From: an uncultured bacterium
GTDB taxonomy: Bacteria; RBG-13-61-14; CAYWKU01
Direction: 5' to 3'
Length of the DNA: 64,000 nt
NCBI GenBank assembly: GCA_964459325.1
Contig: CAYWKU010000007.1
Coordinates: 83,422 to 147,421, forward strand
Position 1 is the stretch's first letter. The number at the start of each line of letters is the position of its first letter. Both the position numbers and the translations under genes were made by a program. Below the pieces are notes generated by a model that saw only the letters and a list, made by a program, of their open reading frames with translations, had not been told where the DNA came from and ran no database searches. Positions 56,826 through 64,000 of the stretch are shown here, piece after piece.

Positions 56826-58589
56826 ATGATGCCTCGAAACTTTTCCCGTCTAAGCTCATCCTCTCAGTCAGACAACTATATCACGCTGACATTGCTGACG
56901 TTGATAGGAGCATTCGCGTACTATATTTCCTACGTTCAATACGGTATGATTCAAGTGGACGAGGGTATTTTTCTGGATTTTTCCATCAGGATGATGCGCG
57001 GCAGGGAATGGTTCGTTGACTTTTTTCCACCGTACGGCCCTCTGAACTTCCTCCCACTGAGTGGAATTTTTTCCATTACAGAGCCAAGCTTTTTCTTTTT
57101 CCGATTGTTTTACATATTGTTCAGGCTTTGCGGTTTATGGGCGATGATTTCCGTTTCCAGACGCCTGATGCCCTCCAAATGGGCGGTGTTGGCGATTTTA
57201 CCCGTGATTATAGCTCCCGGCCATCTGTTTAAAAGCGTTTTCCTCCTGATGCCCATGTTGATTTTGTGGCTGGTTTTTCGGGCATGGGAATCGCGCCGGA
57301 TGTTCTGGCTGTTCGTGACCGGATTAGCCGCGGGCATTTCTTTGTACTTCCGCTACGAGATGATTTTTCCACTATCCGTTATCGCGCTCTTGGGACTCGA
57401 GCTAGACCATTTTCGCCGGCATTTTAAACATCATGAGCGCTGGATTCGGCGTTTGATTAGTATCACGGGCGTATTCGCCGGGTTGATGTTACCGGCGTTT
57501 TTTTTCCCCGGGGCAGTCAATGCTCCTAATATTTTGGGGCGTGCTTTCTTTGGAGGAAAAATTCCGGCTCTGGGAGTGCCGTGGCCCGGGTTTCCAACGA
57601 CCCATAGCCCGGACCAAACAGCCACGTTTCTGGTATTGTGGGGGGTGCTTGCAATTTACGCCGGGGTTGGAGCGGATATTTTGCGCACTCTGTTTCGGGC
57701 AAGGAGCTATCCCGCATGGGAACACAGGCTGCTGGTACTCGTGGCAGGGACACTGTTTCTTTACAATGTGCTCTTTCAAAGTAATCTTGGCCACATGCTT
57801 CAAGTCTCGGCCCCCGCCTTTCTGCTGCTGGCGGACATCGGGCGACGGGCCGTTGTATACGGCAAGAACACAATAATGAAAATAGCATCGGGAGCGGTTC
57901 TTGCCGGAATCCTAGCCGCCTTCCTGATTTACGCCGTCTTTTTAACCAACTTGCCCGGAGTCGCCGGCATCGCCCTTCGCCGGATGATGGACACTCCAAT
58001 AACTTCGCCCCTGGGCACGGTATATTTTCACGGGCCGAGAGCCGGCCAAATACAATCAACAATAAATTATATAATGTCTCACACCGAGCCCGATGACCCC
58101 GTGCTGGTAGTGCCCAGGGCCACTCTTATCTCGATAATGTCGGAACGACCGAACCTTAACCCATACGATACCGTAGAAACTTTTCCCACATTTGTATCTG
58201 GTTGGAAAACCGTTAACGATTTTTTTAAAGCCATTACCAAATCGGAGCTTATCGTTTATTTCGAGCGGCCGACGAGATTGGAACGGCCCCGTGCCCCGCA
58301 TCAAAGAATGCGCAGCAACGACTTTATATTCGAGACGATCCTTCGAAACTACACCTTCGAAAAGCGTTTTGGAGAGTATATAATCCTGAGAAAAGGAAAA
58401 GACGAAACCGGCGCCACAAGAGCCTTCATTGACGGCTGGGAGGCGTATAAATACGGTCATTGGGAAAAAGCGGAAGGTTCGTTGAAAAAAGCCGTCGAGG
58501 CCGGGCTTTCCGAGTCCGAAATACGACCTATTCTAAAAAATATCAAACATTTCAAATCATTAGGATTATCTCGTCCCCCGCAATTATGA
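56826..58589 (+). CDS. Polytopic membrane protein, GT-C-like, with C-terminal soluble TPR-like region
   Basis: About 12 transmembrane helices in the first ~400 aa; only plus-strand gene inside the cluster; function unassigned. Confidence 0.45.
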   Translation: MMPRNFSRLSSSSQSDNYITLTLLTLIGAFAYYISYVQYGMIQVDEGIFLDFSIRMMRGREWFVDFFPPYGPLNFLPLSGIFSITEPSFFFFRLFYILFRLCGLWAMISVSRRLMPSKWAVLAILPVIIAPGHLFKSVFLLMPMLILWLVFRAWESRRMFWLFVTGLAAGISLYFRYEMIFPLSVIALLGLELDHFRRHFKHHERWIRRLISITGVFAGLMLPAFFFPGAVNAPNILGRAFFGGKIPALGVPWPGFPTTHSPDQTATFLVLWGVLAIYAGVGADILRTLFRARSYPAWEHRLLVLVAGTLFLYNVLFQSNLGHMLQVSAPAFLLLADIGRRAVVYGKNTIMKIASGAVLAGILAAFLIYAVFLTNLPGVAGIALRRMMDTPITSPLGTVYFHGPRAGQIQSTINYIMSHTEPDDPVLVVPRATLISIMSERPNLNPYDTVETFPTFVSGWKTVNDFFKAITKSELIVYFERPTRLERPRAPHQRMRSNDFIFETILRNYTFEKRFGEYIILRKGKDETGATRAFIDGWEAYKYGHWEKAEGSLKKAVEAGLSESEIRPILKNIKHFKSLGLSRPPQL

Positions 58590-58668
58590 ACAAGAGGCCG
58601 TTGCAGAATTATGATTTTTCGTTTGGGATGTGTTGACCTTCATCGTGCCGAAAAAGAACCCCGAATGG

Positions 58669-58717
58669 ACAAGGGGCTTCAGCCCCTTGAATTTCAAGGG
58701 GTTAAAACCCCTTGTCT
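58669..58717. terminator. Tandem GC-stem hairpins between convergent genes (candidate bidirectional terminator; member of the GGGG-TTAAAA-CCCC hairpin family)
   Basis: GACAAGGGGC-ttca-GCCCCTTG followed by CAAGGGG-ttaaaa-CCCCTTGTC; further hairpins and T-runs up to ~58870. Confidence 0.5.
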
Positions 58718-58901
58718 GGAAAAGACATTCCCGGGGAGCTACAGAAAAAAAGCCTTCTCTCCCCCTGAAGCCTGTTTTGCAACGGTCTCAACAAATAAAA
58801 AACTCCCGGCCGTCTCTTTCGGCCCGCCCTTTTTTCGTGATTTATTTTAGAAAAACAGGCTGCGGCTTTTTGTTCGGGAGGGCGAAATGCCGGGGTTTAT
58901 T

Positions 58902-60269
58902 TCAAGGAAAAGTTCCCCGGCCAACAAAACCCAGTCTATGGGCGTTATAACTCGAAAAATCTATAAGCTTCTTGGTATAATTCAAAACACGATAATCCCT
59001 TTTCGTAGACCAATCGAGTGCTACACTGAGGGGATAATGAAACCGTGTATATCTTTCCGCTTCGATACTGTAACGCTTGAATTCAGAATCCAAATTGTCA
59101 GAACTGATGTTGGGGAGAGGAACGTCGGCGTAAAACGGTATATTAATTATCGAAAACGGATATTTTTTATGAAGTTTAATAATTTCTTTTACCACACCTC
59201 TACTTGGTCTGAGTCCCGAAAAGGCGATAAAAACTGAGATACTAATTTCGTCAACTCGCCGAGCCCACTCGAGAATACGAGCAAACTGACTTAAGTCGAA
59301 ACTCCGCATCCAATCTACCACCGGTTGAAAAATCAAATGAACACTTGTAAAACAAGAATTTATTATTTCCAACTCTTCGACTTTTGGAAGACGGTAAAAC
59401 ATGTATTCAAGGGAAAAATTTCGCTTTTTCGTAAATATCTTATCGACATATCCCATAGAGGGATATTCCAGCGGATCATGGGACACTATGTATACGTATT
59501 GTATTTTAGAATCGGCATGAAATCTATCAAAGTCAGAGGCCACGGCTTCCGGAGACCTGAATACCATCCCCCTTCCCATGAGAGCTTTTTGGTACTTGAA
59601 ATTTCCCATGCATTCGCATTTAAACTGACACCCCCTGAATACATTAAGATATGGATATACGAAATGAGAAAAAATGCTCCGTTGGGACTTGTAAATCCAG
59701 TTTTGCAGTGAAGGGAACCAATCAATGGTGATGAAATCCATGGAATCGAATTCTTCGCCGGATATAGTATATGTGACCTCTCCGGTCATATCGGCGCTGG
59801 TAACATTTGGGGGAAGACCTCCGTCGTCGCCGTCCAAAATACGCCCAACAAGCTCGGGAAACGGGCGGTCGGCATCTCCGATAACCACGTAATCCACTCC
59901 CCACTTGTCCACCAGTTGGCGGTGAAAAATGCCGGCGGTGTACCCGCCGATAATTATGCGGGCCCGGGGATTGATTCGCCTGATGCGCCTTACAAGACGT
60001 CCGGCCGAGGCAAGCGAGTAGAACCAGTGAACATCCATGGCTATTATCTTCGCCCGGGCTATATCGGAATCGGTTACATCAAAATCGAACCTGCCGAGTT
60101 TGGAGCCGGAAACGGCGTTTATGAGGGCAATCGCCCCCATGGGCACCACGCGACGAAACGAATGACCGCCATACGGATGAATGTAAAGTACGTCCAGGTC
60201 CCTTTCGCTCATAAAGACCTTCCCCTCTAAGCTGTTATTCCATTCTTGGAACTCAAGCGGAGGCGACAC
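58902..60269 (-). CDS. Radical SAM-like protein with B12-binding-like N-terminal region and a non-canonical CX3CXC cysteine motif
   Basis: FRGCQFKCECMG sits where B12-radical SAM enzymes carry SRGCxxxCxFC; N-terminal DVLYIHPYGG...IIIGGYTAG resembles a B12-binding domain. Confidence 0.5.
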   Translation of the reverse strand: MSPPLEFQEWNNSLEGKVFMSERDLDVLYIHPYGGHSFRRVVPMGAIALINAVSGSKLGRFDFDVTDSDIARAKIIAMDVHWFYSLASAGRLVRRIRRINPRARIIIGGYTAGIFHRQLVDKWGVDYVVIGDADRPFPELVGRILDGDDGGLPPNVTSADMTGEVTYTISGEEFDSMDFITIDWFPSLQNWIYKSQRSIFSHFVYPYLNVFRGCQFKCECMGNFKYQKALMGRGMVFRSPEAVASDFDRFHADSKIQYVYIVSHDPLEYPSMGYVDKIFTKKRNFSLEYMFYRLPKVEELEIINSCFTSVHLIFQPVVDWMRSFDLSQFARILEWARRVDEISISVFIAFSGLRPSRGVVKEIIKLHKKYPFSIINIPFYADVPLPNISSDNLDSEFKRYSIEAERYTRFHYPLSVALDWSTKRDYRVLNYTKKLIDFSSYNAHRLGFVGRGTFP

Positions 60270-60377
60270 GGCAAAACCTTACCACATATAAAATAGCTCA
60301 CAAAATCAGCCGGTAAATTGCAAGCATGCAGCCGGCCGGTTAACGGGCCACTCGCCGGCCAAAACGCCGTATTCGGT

Positions 60378-61913
60378 TTATGCATTATACCAGGAAGGTT
60401 TCCTGCTGCTCATGTACTGTTCGCCGCTACCGGATAAGAGACCTTTAAGTTGTGCCCATTGAAATTTCAGCGCCACTTTCCAGAACCACCAGTACAAGTT
60501 CCTTTTGAAGGGATAGGGACTTACAAGCCCCTTAAAAAAACCGCCTCCTCGAAAGATGAATTTCTTCATCATGTCGTTGTATAATTCCAGCATTTCATTC
60601 CGCGTCATGTTCTTGCACTCAATGATAGGATTAAACCAGTCATACTTGGAAAAATCCCTTTCCATTATTATTTTCGCTTCCTGAGCGTCTTCCCAGAATT
60701 TGGTGCCGGGCAGGGGGGTGATGAAATGAAACGCGGGGAAATTCACCTTGCTCTCCAACGCATAGTCCAGAATGGCCATCATGGACTCACGAGTCTCGTT
60801 GGGAAAACCTACCAGGTATGTGCATTGACACCACACCTGGGGATATTTTCTTGCCATAAGCTTGCATGCTTCCTTGGCTGTTTCGGATGTGTAGTTCTGC
60901 TTATGCAGCATTTGAAGGTCTCCGGTGGTAGCCCGTTCCGCGCCGATGAGGATCATTTTCATCCCGGACTTCACCTGTTTTTCGAGAATGCCCAACTTTT
61001 CATCCCTCAAAAGCATGTCCGCCCTCATGAAAGCGAACCACCCTATGTCCCAATTGCGGCGCAATATTTCCGTCGCCCACTTATCATTCCACTCAGGATT
61101 CATATTCCAAGTGCCGTCCACCCAATTGAACTGCCGACTGCCGTAATCGGTATACAGCCGTTCCATTTCCTCGATGGTTTTTTCCACGCTCTTGGTGCGG
61201 TACATTGGGCTAGCAACGGGTTTGTCGCCTTCCATGTGCCAGGGACTCTCCTGAGGCCAGAAAGAACAATATGTACAACCGGAAGTGCACCCGCGAGAAT
61301 GCTGAACCGGAATGCTCTTTTTGAAAGCCCACAATCTGCCGCGCTGCCCGTATATCTCGTGATTCATAAGGTCATAGGCGGGCAACGGCAGGTCATCGAG
61401 ATTTTTTACAGGCTCGCGGAACGGAGTCCGAACCAGCTTTTCTCCGTCATGGTAGATCAACCCCTTAACCGTATCCGGGTTCGGCTCGGACCTCATCAAT
61501 TCCTTGAGCAACTCCGGTAAAGTGTCCTCTCCCTCACCGAATACCAGATAATCAAAAGGAGCATCATTTCCCAGGTACATATCCGGCAGGAAAGGATAAT
61601 GTCTCCCCCCACCTATTACCACACAGTCGGGATTGGCGCGCTTGGCTATCCTTGCCACCCTTTCCCCTTCGTTGGCGTACATTGTCTCTTCGCCAATACC
61701 TACGAAATCGGCCCTCTCATCATTTATCATCTTCTCCAGAGTTCTCCAACCCGTTCGGAGAGCGCAACAATCAATAATCTTGATATCCAGGTCGGGAATA
61801 CGTTCCCGGACAGTCGCCGCAAGATAGGGATAATTAAGCGGCATCCAGAAATTGTCGTCCATGTTTACGAATTGCCAATAGCGACGCGGGGACCTGACGA
61901 ATAATAACTTCAT
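60378..61913 (-). CDS. B12-binding domain-containing radical SAM enzyme
   Basis: Start taken at internal Met (MKLLFVRSP); VVIGGGRHYP B12-domain-like segment; radical SAM motif SRGCTSGCTYC. Confidence 0.8.
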   Translation of the reverse strand: MKLLFVRSPRRYWQFVNMDDNFWMPLNYPYLAATVRERIPDLDIKIIDCCALRTGWRTLEKMINDERADFVGIGEETMYANEGERVARIAKRANPDCVVIGGGRHYPFLPDMYLGNDAPFDYLVFGEGEDTLPELLKELMRSEPNPDTVKGLIYHDGEKLVRTPFREPVKNLDDLPLPAYDLMNHEIYGQRGRLWAFKKSIPVQHSRGCTSGCTYCSFWPQESPWHMEGDKPVASPMYRTKSVEKTIEEMERLYTDYGSRQFNWVDGTWNMNPEWNDKWATEILRRNWDIGWFAFMRADMLLRDEKLGILEKQVKSGMKMILIGAERATTGDLQMLHKQNYTSETAKEACKLMARKYPQVWCQCTYLVGFPNETRESMMAILDYALESKVNFPAFHFITPLPGTKFWEDAQEAKIIMERDFSKYDWFNPIIECKNMTRNEMLELYNDMMKKFIFRGGGFFKGLVSPYPFKRNLYWWFWKVALKFQWAQLKGLLSGSGEQYMSSRKPSWYNA

Positions 61914-62340
61914 GGTATCCTCCCGTTCCCGAAACATCTATCTCGTAAATACGAAGCTTAACAATTGAAAATAACAATCCGGCCCGCGAAATAAAAGCGG
62001 ATTTTCCACATTTCCGTCAGCTCTACGTAACTCCGAGCCGCCCCTCCTTGGAGTCCATGCTCCCAAGAAGGTTCCAAAGCCCCATCCGCCCCACTCTTGA
62101 CGCGAGTCGTGACAGTCCACCTGCTTGAAATTATACAATATCCTGCCCCTCAATTCAACTGAAACCCACCGGGGGGCTAACGTTTCGTATTGTGTGTAAA
62201 AGTAAGGACTTTTTATGTACCCTCCGCTTTTTGTTGTCAAATAAAAAGGCATTATTTCATCCCAGAATTTGATATTCTCAGCCCGATTTTGTTATGGCGG
62301 TTTGCATAAATCCGGCTTGGCAAATAGTTTAAATTGTATC

Positions 62341-63381
62341 ATGAAATCCATAGATATCAGAAGCGACACGGTAACGGTGCCCACCCCCGGCATGCGGGAG
62401 GCTATCTGCAACGCCGAGGTGGGAGACGACGTTCACGGCGAAGACCCCAGCATCCGCCGGCTGGAGCAGATGAGCGCCGAAATTTTCGGCAAGGAAGCGG
62501 GCCTGTTCATGGCATCGGGCACCATGGCCAACCAGGTGGCCCTGCTGGCTCATACCCGCCCCGGCGACAACGTCGTCATCGGCGAGGGGGCTCATAACTA
62601 TTTCTACGAGTCGGGAGGAGGCGGTGCTCTGGCGGGAGTCCTGTTTACCGTGGTGGGCCGGGGCGGCACTTTCAACGCATCCGAAATGGAAAGCGGTTTC
62701 ACCCTTCCCGACCATCATTTCGCCCCCACCACGCTCGTTTGCGTTGAAAATACCCACAACCGCGCGGGCGGCAAAATATTCCCGCTCGAAAATATCGAGG
62801 GAATATCGAGAATGTGCACGTTGTGGGGGATAAAAACACACTGCGACGGCGCAAGAATATTCAACGCACAGGTGGCCACCGGCGTGCCGGTAAGCGAATA
62901 CGCCCGGCATTTTGACTCAATCAGCTTCTGTCTGAGCAAGGCGCTGGGAGCACCCGCCGGGTCGGTGCTCTTGGGAGACAGGGAATTTCGGGACAGGGCC
63001 CACAGGTACAGGAAAATGCTGGGAGGCGGTATGAGGCAGGCGGGATTCCTGGCCGCCGCCGGAATCTATGCCCTGGAACATCACGTCGAAAGACTGGCCG
63101 AAGACCATGAAAATGCTAAGGAGTTGGCGAAATCAATAGCCCGAAACCCCGGCTTCGAGATTGACCTCGAAGGCGTCGAGACCAATATCGTTAACGTAAG
63201 GATTGCCAATGATGCCATAAACGCCTTCCAATTCGTATTCAAGGCCTCCGAAAACGGCGTGCTGGTCTCGCCCCGGGATATGGGGTCTTTCAGGATAGTC
63301 ACTCATCTGGATTTTCAAGGGGAATGGATACCCGAAGCGGTGGAGCGTTTGAACAAAACACTGGAACAAATGGAGGCCTAG
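62341..63381 (+). CDS. ltaE: Low-specificity L-threonine aldolase (PLP-dependent)
   Basis: ATG at 62341; N-terminus MKSIDIRSDTVTVPTPGMREA typical of threonine aldolases; PLP-lysine region (FCLSKALGAPAGSVLLG). Confidence 0.85.
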   Translation: MKSIDIRSDTVTVPTPGMREAICNAEVGDDVHGEDPSIRRLEQMSAEIFGKEAGLFMASGTMANQVALLAHTRPGDNVVIGEGAHNYFYESGGGGALAGVLFTVVGRGGTFNASEMESGFTLPDHHFAPTTLVCVENTHNRAGGKIFPLENIEGISRMCTLWGIKTHCDGARIFNAQVATGVPVSEYARHFDSISFCLSKALGAPAGSVLLGDREFRDRAHRYRKMLGGGMRQAGFLAAAGIYALEHHVERLAEDHENAKELAKSIARNPGFEIDLEGVETNIVNVRIANDAINAFQFVFKASENGVLVSPRDMGSFRIVTHLDFQGEWIPEAVERLNKTLEQMEA

Positions 63382-63390
63382 GAGGAAAAA

Positions 63391-64000
63391 TTGTCGGAGT
63401 CCGGCGCCGAAGTAACGCTGAGGTTGTGCGACGATTACCGGGAAGATTTGGTTTGCAACGCGGTAACCTCCGCCCTCGCGGACCTGGGCGGCATGGAGCG
63501 GTTTGTTAAAAAAGGTCAGAAGGTGTTGATAAAGCCGAACATGCTGCTGGCCAGGGAGGCGTCCCGCATGGTCACCACCCATCCGATGGTAATGCGGGAA
63601 GTCATGTCCATGGTGGCGGATTCGGGGGCGTCCATGATAGTTGGCGACAGCCCGGCAATGGGCGGCGCAAAAGGCGTGGCACGTAAGTCCGGGTTGATGG
63701 AAGTAGCCGAACACTTCGGAGCGGATGTTATCAACTTCCGGGAAGTATGCCGCCCCCAAACCCCGGAAACATGTACCTACAAGATGCTGGAGCTGGCGGG
63801 AGAAGCCCTCGGAGCGGACGCCATTATCAACCTGCCGAAAGTAAAAACACACGGCGCCATGACCCTGACCGCCGGGGTCAAAAACATGTTCGGATGTATA
63901 GTGGGAAGAGCCAAGACCCAGTGGCACCTCAAAGCCGGCAGGGACGCCCTGGCTTTCGCCAGAATGCTTGTGGACGTCTATTCGACCGCCGGGCCGGTGC
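63391..64000 (+). CDS. DUF362-family protein, 3'-truncated by the window edge
   Basis: Open frame from TTG 63391 (GGAGG 5 nt upstream) to the window end, not in the ORF track because it has no in-window stop; translation contains the DUF362-like N-terminal pattern (LRLCDDYREDLVCNAVTSALADLGGMERFVKKGQKVLIKPNM). Confidence 0.45.
   Translation, partial: MSESGAEVTLRLCDDYREDLVCNAVTSALADLGGMERFVKKGQKVLIKPNMLLAREASRMVTTHPMVMREVMSMVADSGASMIVGDSPAMGGAKGVARKSGLMEVAEHFGADVINFREVCRPQTPETCTYKMLELAGEALGADAIINLPKVKTHGAMTLTAGVKNMFGCIVGRAKTQWHLKAGRDALAFARMLVDVYSTAGPV

Overview
High-GC bacterial chromosome segment, apparently Gram-negative (LptF/LptG present) and probably anaerobic, with about 49 supportable protein-coding genes and no rRNA, tRNA, CRISPR array, transposase or integrase that I could recognise. 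The first ~29 kb holds mixed metabolism and housekeeping: a GMC oxidoreductase pair, a membrane-bound HdrD-like Fe-S oxidoreductase next to an acyl-CoA dehydrogenase, a clostripain-like lipoprotein, a GH1 beta-glucosidase, lptFG, ribF, tldD, a hicAB toxin-antitoxin pair, a CHASE2 adenylate cyclase and a sigma-54-type two-component system. The remaining ~32 kb (29876-61937) is the main result: an almost entirely minus-strand, translationally coupled array of about 25 genes combining polyprenyl-phosphate-sugar-synthase-like GT2 enzymes, GT-C membrane transferases (ArnT/PMT-like and a TMTC-like TPR protein), GT4 enzymes, two flippase-like proteins, a methyltransferase, an epimerase, and six radical-SAM-type proteins (four B12-binding, one SPASM, one with a non-canonical cysteine motif). 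I read this as a candidate undescribed envelope glycoconjugate pathway that couples periplasmic GT-C glycosylation to cobalamin-dependent radical SAM chemistry; substrate and product are unknown. Intergenic regions carry several dispersed hairpin repeat families, a cluster of TTCTACA palindromes and a heavily structured 780-bp convergent spacer. All calls are from reading the sequence and the ORF track; no database search or computation was run, and gene starts are my choice of in-frame start codon and may be off by a few codons.
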